A stretch of 64,000 nt of DNA from Oligoflexia bacterium (lineage in GTDB: Bacteria > Bdellovibrionota > UBA1018): assembly GCA_963758495.1 (NCBI GenBank), contig CAVWVI010000003.1:480001-544000 (forward strand). Reading direction: 5' to 3'. Below, piece after piece: positions 9,756-19,696 of the stretch. The notes beneath the pieces are model-generated. The model saw only the letters and a list, made by a program, of their open reading frames with translations, ran no database searches and had not been told where the DNA came from. The position numbers and the translations under genes were made by a program. The stretch's first letter is position 1. Every line of letters starts with the position of its first letter.

Positions 9756-9914
9756 ATGTCTGAAAATACAGAAGCATATTGTGTTAAGTGTAAAGCTAAA
9801 CGCCCGATGAAAGATGGGCAAAAAGTGACTATGAAAAATGGAAGGGATGCCATGCAGGGCAAGTGTGAAACCTGCGGTACTGGCATGTATAAGATCCTCG
9901 CTAAGCAAAAATGA
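9756..9914 (+). CDS. 52-aa zinc-ribbon protein (DUF5679-like)
   Basis: Own translation: MSENTEAYCVKCKAKRPMKDGQKVTMKNGRDAMQGKCETCGTGMYKILAKQK. Two CxxC; stop overlaps the trmB ATG. Shorter than any ORF in the track. Confidence 0.85.
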   Translation: MSENTEAYCVKCKAKRPMKDGQKVTMKNGRDAMQGKCETCGTGMYKILAKQK

Positions 9915-10654
9915 ACTCTGCTTTAAAGCATCGGCTTCCCATTCAACATCCCGATTATCAATATCCTATTTCTAGAAATCCCTATTGGACAAAGCTACAG
10001 GATATTCAAGGGCGTGTTTTTTCTGACAATGAAACAGAAGCTCATAAAAATCATTGGCGTTCGAAGTTTCAAAATCCTACTTTAGCAAAGAATAGCGAAC
10101 TTCATGTAGAAATTGGCTGTAATGCGGGCCATGTCATTGTCGAATGGGCGAGTCTGTATCCTGAAAATGCTTATATTGGCATAGACTGGAAATTTAAACC
10201 TATTTTCCGTGGTACTGAAAAAGCTCTTAAACGTAATCTAAAAAATCTGATTTTTTTTAGATCTCACGCTGAGCGAATTCAATACATGTTTGGACCTCGC
10301 GAAGTCGATGCTCTTTATCTTTTTTTTCCAGACCCTTGGGCTCGAAAAGCTCAATGGAAAAATCGCTTCATTCATCCTGAGCAGCTTAAACAAATCGCTC
10401 CGATCATGAAGCCAAATGGTATCTTTCATATTAAGACGGATCATCGAGATTATTTTAATTGGATGTTAGAGGCTGTAGAGAAATCTTCAGACTTCTGGAA
10501 ACCGATTGAAGTGTCTATGGATTTACATAAAAACCATCCAGCTCCCCATACATTAAAGTTGCCGGATGTTACCTTGTTTGAGTCTATCTTTATCAAAGAT
10601 AAACTTCCCATTCACAGCTTGAAGCTCCAAGTTAAGGCATGTAACGAAAATTAA
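9911..10654 (+). CDS. trmB: tRNA (guanine-N7)-methyltransferase
   Basis: VEIGCNAG, FPDPW, KTDHRDY and TLFE motifs. Confidence 0.92.
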   Translation: MNSALKHRLPIQHPDYQYPISRNPYWTKLQDIQGRVFSDNETEAHKNHWRSKFQNPTLAKNSELHVEIGCNAGHVIVEWASLYPENAYIGIDWKFKPIFRGTEKALKRNLKNLIFFRSHAERIQYMFGPREVDALYLFFPDPWARKAQWKNRFIHPEQLKQIAPIMKPNGIFHIKTDHRDYFNWMLEAVEKSSDFWKPIEVSMDLHKNHPAPHTLKLPDVTLFESIFIKDKLPIHSLKLQVKACNEN

Positions 10655-11885
10655 CAAAAACCTTTTTACCCGCAGCTACTTGAACCGTTTTTTCTGGTAA
10701 AGCGGATGCGTTCACGGGAACTGCTCGTACTTTATAAGTTCCAGCGTCCACTACGATTCTCAAGATTTGAAGATCCCGAGGCAAAAGATTCCAAGATCGA
10801 AGGTCCGCTTGATCACTGATATACAATGCCGCTTTTGTTAAAAACCCTAGAATAGGGCTATTCGTCACTTTTTGAACCCCATAACCCACTGTTTCTTTTG
10901 CGACGAGTCCAGCAACCTTTTTGGCTATCATACCCGCATATTTTTCATCCAAATTTTCAATTGCCGTCGCCTCAATGTTTTCAAGTAGATGTGTCACCCC
11001 CTTAAACTCTCCATTGACTTCAATATTTGCAGCCGACACACGATTGAACCGGGGATAAAATTTTGGTATCTCACCAAAGTGAGGATGCGGCTTTTTTATG
11101 GGTGAAATTCCATTTTCATAGAGAATGATGATTTCACCTTTTTGAGAACTGGGCCCACTGAGTTTTGCCTGTTCATGATCGCTGGAGGTCAGATGATAGG
11201 ATTGATCCCAACGCTCCATCTCATCGGGCATCCGAAGCTGCCATGCGCACCTCCACAAATCTTTCCCTAATCCAGGATACTCAGGGGTCAGTTTCCAAGT
11301 GTTTTTATAATCTATGTAGGCATCATTGTAGTTCTGATCTGCTTCATAGAGGATAGCTGAAAGATACCGAGCAAAAGCATTTTGCTTATACTTCCGTTCC
11401 CCTTCGGTCACCATTAAGTAGAGTTTGCGATTCACCCGCTTGGCTTCAACAAGAGCATTTTCGTAATCACCCTTTAAAGCATAATTCATTGCTAAATAAG
11501 TATTAATGAGTACTTTTTCAAAATCCTCACCTTTATAATCCTTAAGATTATCACTTGTTAAAAGGGTCGCGGTTTCAGCGGATAGGCTCGTGTAGTCTTT
11601 TATGTCAGCTATTTTATCTGCTCGCAAAAATACTACATTACTCTCATCATACCTACCTGCGGAATGTAACGATAAGCCCTGATCTAAAAGATAAAGAAGA
11701 AGATCACGACCATTCTCTCCTTGATCCTTTGCTCCTTTTTCTAGACGAGTGGCTGCAGCATTATAATCACCCTTCTGAAAAAGTCGATCAGACTCATGAT
11801 CCGACATTCGGACGGAGGAACAAGCAAATCCTCCAATACCGAGAAATACTGTCAAAAATGCCGCTTGTAGGTTGACCTTAAGCAC
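10632..11885 (-). CDS. COG3014-family TPR lipoprotein
   Basis: Lipobox GFAC; YKGEDFEKVL, ALVEAKR and ADLRSWNLLP; adjacent to an LpoB-like gene. Confidence 0.75.
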   Translation of the reverse strand: MLKVNLQAAFLTVFLGIGGFACSSVRMSDHESDRLFQKGDYNAAATRLEKGAKDQGENGRDLLLYLLDQGLSLHSAGRYDESNVVFLRADKIADIKDYTSLSAETATLLTSDNLKDYKGEDFEKVLINTYLAMNYALKGDYENALVEAKRVNRKLYLMVTEGERKYKQNAFARYLSAILYEADQNYNDAYIDYKNTWKLTPEYPGLGKDLWRCAWQLRMPDEMERWDQSYHLTSSDHEQAKLSGPSSQKGEIIILYENGISPIKKPHPHFGEIPKFYPRFNRVSAANIEVNGEFKGVTHLLENIEATAIENLDEKYAGMIAKKVAGLVAKETVGYGVQKVTNSPILGFLTKAALYISDQADLRSWNLLPRDLQILRIVVDAGTYKVRAVPVNASALPEKTVQVAAGKKVFVNFRYMP

Positions 11886-11914
11886 GACAAAGGTCTCTCT
11901 GTGGCAATGAAAGA

Positions 11915-12514
11915 TTAAAGACCGATAGAATGTTTATTAAACTTCTTTCGAAGCTCTCGCTCTTCAGTACAATCAATCGTATTACCTTCTATATGGGTTA
12001 GGTTCATAGTTAATTTATAATATTTAAATTCTTCATTCCCCATTTGTTGAATGTTCGTTGCTAGATTTCCACTCAGAATATAGTCTGCGCCAATCTGGTT
12101 GCCCCTTTTCTTTGCCGTAGGACCAGAGACATTACCCGCTGCATTATAATCATACTCCTCACTCAACGTGCCCCGCTCTTCTTTATTCACGAACCGGACT
12201 TTTCCTGACTTAATCAGAGTGGTGCGAATTTTATCAGTCATAGAGACTGTATCAATATGCTCCTCCGTACGATTGGATACTCTCTCTACAATTACAACGG
12301 GCGGCTTCTTTGCGTTAGCTACATAGGCACACGAAACCATTGCTTTAATAATCGTGTCAGCCATCTGTTGCATATCCGATTCATTAAACTTGTCATCTAA
12401 CAACTCAACTCGCGTTGGATCATCGTATTCACCCTTTGTAAAAGCTTTTGGACCGCATCCCAAACTGACCAAAAACAAAGACATGGTGACCAAAGACAAC
12501 AGAATAACGCGCAT
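11915..12514 (-). CDS. lpoB: Penicillin-binding protein activator LpoB-like lipoprotein
   Basis: Lipobox SLGC; NRTEEHID, SGKVRFV and GADYILSG. Confidence 0.8.
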   Translation of the reverse strand: MRVILLSLVTMSLFLVSLGCGPKAFTKGEYDDPTRVELLDDKFNESDMQQMADTIIKAMVSCAYVANAKKPPVVIVERVSNRTEEHIDTVSMTDKIRTTLIKSGKVRFVNKEERGTLSEEYDYNAAGNVSGPTAKKRGNQIGADYILSGNLATNIQQMGNEEFKYYKLTMNLTHIEGNTIDCTEERELRKKFNKHSIGL

Positions 12515-12691
12515 AGGAATGCCCTTTCTCTGATTACTTGATTGAGTAAGAAAAGTTTACGTCAGCTTTGACATCTTTGTAAAATAGATTTTAGTAAATT
12601 GAGTATTCCTAGGAATCACTATTGCTTGACTTACCAATCCTTGCCATAAGGAGGCATAGTCTAGGTAGATGTATGGATAAAGATAGGATAT

Positions 12692-13600
12692 TTGCGGAGC
12701 TTTTGCATGAAGAATATCTCGAAGATGATCTCCCCAGTTTTAAATCGTAATCTCATCTTTGTGCACGGCAAGGGAGGGGTTGGAAAAACTGCAGTCTCTC
12801 AAGCAATCGCACTTCAACTTGCTCAAAGAGGAAAACGAACTCTATGGATCACTCTTGAAGACCCTACTCTACCCGCAGGAGAGTTCAAAAATCCCGAACC
12901 TCATCTATGGCATCTCAACTGTAGTTTCACTCAAGCTTTTGAAGAATATGCGTCCATGAAGATTGGTTTCGCTCCTCTCACCCGAATTTTTTTGCAAAAT
13001 AAGCTCATGCGTTATCTAGCTAAAGCTGCGCCTGGTATTCACGAATTAGTACTACTAGGAAAAATTTGGTTTGAAAGGAATCATTACGCTCATGTAGTTG
13101 TAGACTTGCCTTCTACTGGATATGGATTAGCCATGTTTCAGAGTACTCAGAATTTTATAAAATTGTTTCATGGAGGCCCGCTACACCGAGATGCTGATGC
13201 TATGATGGATACATTTAGAGATCCTCAAGCGACCGGCCACCTTATTTTAGCATTACCTGAAGAAATGCCACTGCGCGAATCTTTGGAGCTGAATCAATAC
13301 TTAAAGGAATTCTTTCCAAAAAATCAGGCTGTTTTTATAGTAAATCGTGTTTTTCCTCTGATCGAAAATTCAGACCCCAAAGAAATAAATCCTTCACCCT
13401 CTTGGCCAAGTCCACTTGCCACCTCCATCCATGATTACATTCTCAAACGTATCTGGTTAGAAAGGCACAACTTAAGACTTTGGAGAGATGAAAAAATTGT
13501 CTTCGGCGAATTAGAATTCATTCCTCCGCCTCCTCTAGACGCCCCTCTTCTCATTGTAAGACGACTAGCTGAACAGCTTCAAAATAAGGCTTATTTGTGA
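12692..13600 (+). CDS. ArsA/Get3-like ATPase, subunit 1
   Basis: GKGGVGKT, APGIHEL and DLPSTG; start more likely ATG 12707. Confidence 0.85.
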   Translation: MRSFCMKNISKMISPVLNRNLIFVHGKGGVGKTAVSQAIALQLAQRGKRTLWITLEDPTLPAGEFKNPEPHLWHLNCSFTQAFEEYASMKIGFAPLTRIFLQNKLMRYLAKAAPGIHELVLLGKIWFERNHYAHVVVDLPSTGYGLAMFQSTQNFIKLFHGGPLHRDADAMMDTFRDPQATGHLILALPEEMPLRESLELNQYLKEFFPKNQAVFIVNRVFPLIENSDPKEINPSPSWPSPLATSIHDYILKRIWLERHNLRLWRDEKIVFGELEFIPPPPLDAPLLIVRRLAEQLQNKAYL

Positions 13601-14775
13601 CTGAAATTGAACCCAAAATTGAACCCAAAATTAAAAAAGACACGGAAATAGACCCCTTAAACAATAAAATAGATGAAGCTTTAAAAAAGCGTAAAATTTT
13701 AATCACCTGTGGCACAGGAGGAGTTGGTAAAACTACGTTGAGTGCTGCCATCGCCATTCGCGCAGCAATGCTGGGGAAAAAAACTGTCGTCATTACAATC
13801 GATCCCGCTAAACGACTGGCAAATTCGCTTGGACTTCATACTTTAGATGATCAACCGACTGACTTAACCCCACAAATCAAAGAAATTTATGAAAAAGCCC
13901 AAGCAGCTCAAGTTCCATTACCCTCTCCTACTTTCAGCGGCAGTCTGACCGCCATTGTACCTGATACCCGGAAGACCTTTGAAACTTTTGTAAGGGAACT
14001 CGCATCTAATCCACTTACGGCAGAACAGGTCATGCAAAATCCCATTTTTAAAATTTTTGCGAAAGAGTTTTCAGGTACAAACGAATATATGGCATTAGAG
14101 CGTCTTTTTGCGCTTAAGCAAGAAGGGAACTATGATTGCATTATTTTAGATACTCCTCCGAGCCGTAACACTCTCGCATTTTTAGATGCTCCCAAAGTTC
14201 TTTCTCAGTTTTTTGAGGAGAAACTCATACGATGGCTTGTGTTACCTGCAAATAAATTGCTTACCACAGGAATGAAAAAGGCTTTAGGAATTCTGGAACG
14301 CCTCACTGGAGCTGGGTTTATGACAAACCTCTTTGACTTTGCTGCAGCGCTCTTTGAGGTTCAATTTAAATTCACCGCTAACTTAAAAAAAATTACGACT
14401 CTCTTAGAATCCCCTGAGGTAGGGTTTTTAATGGTGACAACCCCTACTCCCGATACTCTTACGGAAGTCAACCTCTTCATCGAAAATCTTCACCAGCGAA
14501 AGTTTCATTTTGAAGGAATTGCCCTCAATCGAACACTGGGGTATTTAAAACCGGACTACTCTAGACCAGAATTAAAAAAAGCCGTGGAAATTATTCAAGC
14601 TCTTCAAAAAAGAGAGCACCATGTCATTGAAAGTTTAATGAGGAATCCGAATGCACTTTGTGCGAAACTACCTGAATTGGCACGAGATGTTCATTCAGTG
14701 GAGGACTTATTTCATGTGGCTTTGGCTCTCAATACTCCTGACATTTCAAAGCATGAGTTATGGAGCTCCATCTAG
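13597..14775 (+). CDS. ArsA/Get3-like ATPase, subunit 2
   Basis: GTGGVGKTT, TIDPAKRLA, EYMALE and DTPPS. Confidence 0.9.
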   Translation: MTEIEPKIEPKIKKDTEIDPLNNKIDEALKKRKILITCGTGGVGKTTLSAAIAIRAAMLGKKTVVITIDPAKRLANSLGLHTLDDQPTDLTPQIKEIYEKAQAAQVPLPSPTFSGSLTAIVPDTRKTFETFVRELASNPLTAEQVMQNPIFKIFAKEFSGTNEYMALERLFALKQEGNYDCIILDTPPSRNTLAFLDAPKVLSQFFEEKLIRWLVLPANKLLTTGMKKALGILERLTGAGFMTNLFDFAAALFEVQFKFTANLKKITTLLESPEVGFLMVTTPTPDTLTEVNLFIENLHQRKFHFEGIALNRTLGYLKPDYSRPELKKAVEIIQALQKREHHVIESLMRNPNALCAKLPELARDVHSVEDLFHVALALNTPDISKHELWSSI

Positions 14776-15721
14776 CCTGGGTCCAACTTATGACCAAGAA
14801 GCTCAAATCATATGGAAAAAAGGCTACGCTGCCATCCAAAATTCTCATTTTCAAATTGCGGTAAATCATCTTCAACGCCTGGTAGATCGATATCCCTCAG
14901 ATTCCAATGCCCTTGAAGCTCACTTTTTACTTGGAAAAGCATTTTTAGAATTAGGGAAAGCAAAAGAAGCAATTGCACCTTTGAAATATTTTATCTTGTC
15001 CGCAAATACTCATCCAGCATCTATCCGCGCAAGGCTTTATTTAGGAACAGCATATCTTGACCTGAAAGAATTTTTAAATGCAGTTTCTGTCATTGAAGAA
15101 ATTAATCATTTACCCTCAAAACTAAAGTCACTTGATATGAATCAAGACGCACGCCTCATTGAAATAGAGGCACTCCTGGGACTCAAACACGAAGCTCGTG
15201 CAAGATCAGCCATGGAAACAGCCATAAGAGAGATGTCGAATAAAATGAGTCGTTCAACTCAAGGAAAGACCCTGTTTTTAGATCTGAACTTGAAGGTTTT
15301 GGAATGTAATCATTTGCCCAGTCCTGACTCTATGAATGAAAATCAATTAAAAAATCAACTCGATCGACGTGGCACTTGCTTGCTTGAAGCACTTTTACTT
15401 TATCGTAATACCTTAATAAACAAAGATATCCCATCAGCAACACAGGCAACTGAACTTCTCAGTCAAGCCTTTCAAGATTATGACCACAGTTGCACCACAC
15501 CCAGCCTTCATCTCAACGCCCATGAACTCAAAAGAAGTCCTCAACAAAAAAGTGCTTATCTAGGGGAATTAGCCGATTTACTGATTCAAGAATGTGGCAA
15601 AAAATACAATACTGGACTTGCATTACTCAACTCTTGGAAATCTGTGCTTCCCCCTATCACTTCGAATTTAACCCTCAAAGTTTACCACACCCTAAAAAAC
15701 CTTTCTCCGAGGAATCCATGA
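14714..15721 (+). CDS. Exported TPR protein (BamD/YbgF-like N-terminus)
   Basis: GGAGGA SD before ATG 14714; signal peptide; LVDRYP and AHFLLG TPR pattern. Confidence 0.7.
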   Translation: MWLWLSILLTFQSMSYGAPSSLGPTYDQEAQIIWKKGYAAIQNSHFQIAVNHLQRLVDRYPSDSNALEAHFLLGKAFLELGKAKEAIAPLKYFILSANTHPASIRARLYLGTAYLDLKEFLNAVSVIEEINHLPSKLKSLDMNQDARLIEIEALLGLKHEARARSAMETAIREMSNKMSRSTQGKTLFLDLNLKVLECNHLPSPDSMNENQLKNQLDRRGTCLLEALLLYRNTLINKDIPSATQATELLSQAFQDYDHSCTTPSLHLNAHELKRSPQQKSAYLGELADLLIQECGKKYNTGLALLNSWKSVLPPITSNLTLKVYHTLKNLSPRNP

Positions 15722-17022
15722 TCTCAAATACCATGAAACTTTTAGCCGAACGAATTCAACAGAACCGAAAAAACCTCTGGGATTGGTATATGAGTTTTGC
15801 ACAAAAAGCCCCCCCTCCTTTTTACTGCTCAATCGACCTAAGGGACTCCGGCCATAAAATTGTTCCAGTAGACAGTAACCTTTATCCTGCAGGATTTAAT
15901 AATATCTGTCCGGAAGATTTGCGTGTTTGTCCTTCTATTTTTAGGGCTCAGGTTGAAGCTATTTCGATTCAAAGAAGCTTACCTACAGTAAAACAGATCT
16001 TAATTTTGCCTGAATCTCATACGCAAAATACTTATTACATAGAAAACCTATATTACTTAAACCAAATGATTGAAAATGCAGGTTATAAAACAAAAATAGG
16101 TTGGTATGGACCCCACCCCGGAAATGACAATAACGGAGATGACAATAGCCCGATTTTGCTCACATCATTCACAGGCAAAGAACTCCATGCTTATCCAATA
16201 AAAATCAAAAACGATGTTGCTTCGACTGATGATTTTGTACCTGACCTTATTTTACTCAATAATGACTTCTCTACAGGTTATCCCAAGCCCTTGGACACCA
16301 TCAAGCAACCTATTTTACCGAGTCATGCTCTAGGATGGCACTCTCGCAAAAAGAGTGAACATTTTCGATATTATAACCAATTGGCAAGCGAGTTCGCAGC
16401 TATCCTTAAAGTTGATCCTTGGTTAATCCAGATTGATACTGAAGAAGTGGGACCCGTCAATTTTAGTGAAGATCAAGGTACGGAGGAAGTTGCTCTAGCC
16501 GTCGATCGAGTGCTAGAAAGAACACGGCTAGCCTATCAAACACATGAGGTCGATCGAAAGCCTTTTGTATTTGTCAAAAATAATGCAGGCACGTACGGCA
16601 TGGGCATTATGGTAGCTCATTCATCTGAAGACTTAAGAAAAATGAATCGACGCACTAAAAATAAAATGAGCATAGGAAAAAATCGGCTCCCCATTGAAAG
16701 TGTGGTGGTCCAAGAAGGGGTGCCCACGGCAACCCTCGTCGATCGCCTAGCCGCTGAACCTGTCATTTATCTTTTAGGGTGGCAACTCATTGGAGGATTT
16801 CTCAGAGCAAACACTGAGAAAAGTGATGAAGATAATTTAAATTCTCAAGGCATGGCTTTCAAAAAGCTCTGTATGTCGGATTTGCGCACTTCTGATACCG
16901 ACCTGCAGGATGACGAACTTAAACACGAGCCAGTTCGAGAACTCGTTTATGGTTCCATTGCTAGACTCTCTGCTCTTGCAACAGGATTAGAACTGGCTCA
17001 TCATGCAAGAAATTATAACTGA
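15718..17022 (+). CDS. gshA: Glutamate-cysteine ligase, PF08886 (ATP-grasp) type
   Basis: YCSIDLRDSGHKIVPVDSNLYPAGFNN, LLNNDFS, KNNAGTYGMG, QEGV and NLNSQGM; ATG 15718 overlaps the upstream stop. Confidence 0.9.
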   Translation: MISNTMKLLAERIQQNRKNLWDWYMSFAQKAPPPFYCSIDLRDSGHKIVPVDSNLYPAGFNNICPEDLRVCPSIFRAQVEAISIQRSLPTVKQILILPESHTQNTYYIENLYYLNQMIENAGYKTKIGWYGPHPGNDNNGDDNSPILLTSFTGKELHAYPIKIKNDVASTDDFVPDLILLNNDFSTGYPKPLDTIKQPILPSHALGWHSRKKSEHFRYYNQLASEFAAILKVDPWLIQIDTEEVGPVNFSEDQGTEEVALAVDRVLERTRLAYQTHEVDRKPFVFVKNNAGTYGMGIMVAHSSEDLRKMNRRTKNKMSIGKNRLPIESVVVQEGVPTATLVDRLAAEPVIYLLGWQLIGGFLRANTEKSDEDNLNSQGMAFKKLCMSDLRTSDTDLQDDELKHEPVRELVYGSIARLSALATGLELAHHARNYN

Positions 17023-17726
17023 TGAATAGGCTTCTCAAACCTAATATTCTCTTTACCCTTTTGCCTGCGCTCCTTTGGTGGGGAGCTATCTACGCGCGCC
17101 CCCAAATGATTCAACCTCGATGCTCCACCGATCCTCAAACATGCTCCAAACAGTCAGTTTTATTCATGGATCGACTTTCATTGAACATGGAGGATTCAAA
17201 GGCAGATCAATACTCTTATTTTACTCAAAACCTTTCAGGGATATTTGCCATCGCCGCACCCGTTGCATGGAATACTGCTTTGTTCGCTCTCGGGAAAATG
17301 AATGGGATCATCGCCTTAACTACGCTCGGGAAAGACCTCGTCATTATTCTTCAAACTGTAGTCTGGAATGGATTTTTCACTGAGGCTTCGCATCTTATTT
17401 CTCAAAGACCGCGACCCTTTGTTTATTCTGATCCTGTTCAAAAAGGAATTGATCCAGCGCATTACACTTCTTTTTACTCCGGACACACAAGCTTTGCGGC
17501 AGCAACCACCATGGCTGTTTTTCTAATACTACTCTCTCAAGGCGCACCTTTTATCATCCTTCTTCTTTCTGCAATCATTATGGAAACGCTTGTTTTTTCT
17601 ACTGCCTATTTTCGTATCCTCGCTGGACGGCACTTTTTAACAGACGTGATATGCGCTGCAATATCAGGCAGTCTGATTGCATGGAGTGTCGCTGCTCTCC
17701 ATAGAAAAGCGAAAAAGTGGCCTTAA
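17022..17726 (+). CDS. PAP2-family membrane phosphatase
   Basis: RPRP, SFYSGHTS and RILAGRHFLTDV motifs. Confidence 0.9.
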   Translation: MNRLLKPNILFTLLPALLWWGAIYARPQMIQPRCSTDPQTCSKQSVLFMDRLSLNMEDSKADQYSYFTQNLSGIFAIAAPVAWNTALFALGKMNGIIALTTLGKDLVIILQTVVWNGFFTEASHLISQRPRPFVYSDPVQKGIDPAHYTSFYSGHTSFAAATTMAVFLILLSQGAPFIILLLSAIIMETLVFSTAYFRILAGRHFLTDVICAAISGSLIAWSVAALHRKAKKWP

Positions 17727-17780
17727 CCTTGCTTCCTCTTTATTTTTAATAGTGGAATATGACAGAGGAGCAGTTCGTTC

Positions 17781-19613
17781 ATGAGTTATTTAATCGCTGA
17801 TGACTATGGTGTAATTGGAAATCATTTTAGCGCAGCGCTCGTGAATCTGTTAGGTTCAGTAGACTGGTGCTGCTTTCCTTATCTCGACTCTCCAAGTCAT
17901 TTTGGTGCATTTATCGATAAACACCAGGGCGGAAATTTTCAAATTTCTCCTCAAGGTGATTTTCACTCTGAGCAACGGTACACGCAAGGAACTCAGGTAC
18001 TTGAAACACACTTTGAAACCCCCACGGGACGCGCAATCCTAACCGACTGGATGCCTTTTGATGAAAAATACTCTCACAGTCCATCCCTCTGCCGTCGCAT
18101 TCATCAAGCTGAAGGAAAAATAAATTGGCTTGTCACTTGTACGCCACGGTTTCGATATGGAACTGATGCCGCACAGGCCGAACGGCACTTAAATGGCATT
18201 TTATTTAGAGGAACACAATTTGATGATTTAGCCATTCTCTCTAGCGAAATACCTTTAGAAATCTCTTCAAACGGGGCTTCTGCCCTAGCACACTTTACAC
18301 TGGAGAAAGAGCAAAACACCCAATTCGTCTGGGCTTGGGGAAGGCTCCCTATTCTTTTTCAAAATGTATTTTCAAAAAATCTATCTAAACCTGAACTTCA
18401 AGCAACCGTTGAATATTGGCGTAAGTTTGAGCATCATTGCCCGCGATCCGGCTGCGTCTTTGGGGGCCCCTGGCATGATGAGGTGATTCGATCTGGTTTA
18501 ATGTTAAAATTATTTACAGCTCCTTACTCAGGTTCAATTACTGAAGCGATTGCTGTCACCCTGAAAGGGATCGCACATGGAAGTCACACTTGGGGTCATC
18601 GATATGCATCGATTCGAGACGGAGCCTTGAAATTGCAAGCATTCACAAATTTAGGATATATCGACGAAGCTCATGCTTATTTTTCTTGGCTAAAAGCCAT
18701 TATCGAACGAGATGGAGCAGAGGGACTTCAGCCACTTTATACTCTAGATGGAGGAAGGACTCTGCCAGAACGAGAGTTACCTTTTTATGGCATGCATGAA
18801 GTTTCTCGACAATTTCAACTCGATATCTATGGGCATGTGATTATTGCAGTCAGTGAATATTTTAAGATCTTTGGCTCATTACCGAACGAACTTTGGAATC
18901 CTCTCTCTGAAATTGCAGATTACATTTGCCAAGCCTGGAAAAGACCTGATCATGGACCTTGGGGTCTGAATACAAAATCTGAACATTTTGTCGTTTCAAA
19001 AGTTTTTTGCTGGGCCGGTCTAGATCGAATGTGCTGGCTAGCACGCATCAATGGAAAAAGTCCGTCCCCCCGTTGGATGGGAGAAAAAACCATTCTTCAT
19101 AATACCATCTGTGGACAAGGATTTGACCCTGTACGTAACACTTTTGTACGCTCTTTTGGAGACCGAGAAATCGACTCTTCAATCCTGTGGATTCCTCTTT
19201 TAAACTTTCTACCCAATGATGATGCCAGAATTATTGGAACATTAGATGTTGTTCGTTCTGAACTCTCTCAGGGAGTTTTACTTAAACGCTCCCGAATCCC
19301 CTATGATCTACAAAATAAAGAAAAAATAGACTTTTGGAGCAGTTTACTCTTCATTTCTTGTCTGGCGCAAACTGGACAAGTCGAAGAAGCAAGCGATCGT
19401 TTAGCTGAAATATGTACTTATTCAAATCCTCTCGGTCTATTTGGAGATCAAATTGACCTCAATCCAGAAGGAATTCCACGTAACTTTCCGAGTTCTTCAG
19501 TCCATTTCTCTCTGATTAACGCAGCATTATTTATCGGATGGGCTAAAGGAAAACACAAGCCATTTTCCGAAGCGAATGATCTCACTTCTATGCAATCTAA
19601 AAAAACAGCTTAA
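17781..19613 (+). CDS. Glycoside hydrolase family 15 (trehalase-like), catalytic residues altered
   Basis: DYGVIGN...SVDWCCFP.LDSPS N-domain, QFQLDIYG and NFP...H; acid site reads PDHGPWG and base site reads GLFGDQ. Confidence 0.85.
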   Translation: MSYLIADDYGVIGNHFSAALVNLLGSVDWCCFPYLDSPSHFGAFIDKHQGGNFQISPQGDFHSEQRYTQGTQVLETHFETPTGRAILTDWMPFDEKYSHSPSLCRRIHQAEGKINWLVTCTPRFRYGTDAAQAERHLNGILFRGTQFDDLAILSSEIPLEISSNGASALAHFTLEKEQNTQFVWAWGRLPILFQNVFSKNLSKPELQATVEYWRKFEHHCPRSGCVFGGPWHDEVIRSGLMLKLFTAPYSGSITEAIAVTLKGIAHGSHTWGHRYASIRDGALKLQAFTNLGYIDEAHAYFSWLKAIIERDGAEGLQPLYTLDGGRTLPERELPFYGMHEVSRQFQLDIYGHVIIAVSEYFKIFGSLPNELWNPLSEIADYICQAWKRPDHGPWGLNTKSEHFVVSKVFCWAGLDRMCWLARINGKSPSPRWMGEKTILHNTICGQGFDPVRNTFVRSFGDREIDSSILWIPLLNFLPNDDARIIGTLDVVRSELSQGVLLKRSRIPYDLQNKEKIDFWSSLLFISCLAQTGQVEEASDRLAEICTYSNPLGLFGDQIDLNPEGIPRNFPSSSVHFSLINAALFIGWAKGKHKPFSEANDLTSMQSKKTA

Positions 19614-19616
19614 ATC

Positions 19617-19674
19617 GTAAGGAGTCCTGTTGAGCGGTAAAGATTTGGACCCCCGACGCAACAGAACTCCTTAC
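19617..19674. terminator. Inverted repeat between convergent genes (probable bidirectional terminator)
   Basis: GTAAGGAGT-C-CTGTTG ... CAACAG-A-ACTCCTTAC. Confidence 0.65.
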
Positions 19675-19696
19675 AGTACTGACTTAAATCTACCCA

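Noticed and set aside
9726..9908. 60-aa minus-strand ORF in the track
   Set aside because: It is antisense to the better-supported zinc-ribbon gene 9756-9914.
12692..14775. Arsenic resistance operon
   Set aside because: No arsB/acr3, arsC, arsD or arsR nearby; the pair fits the Get3-like heterodimer class.
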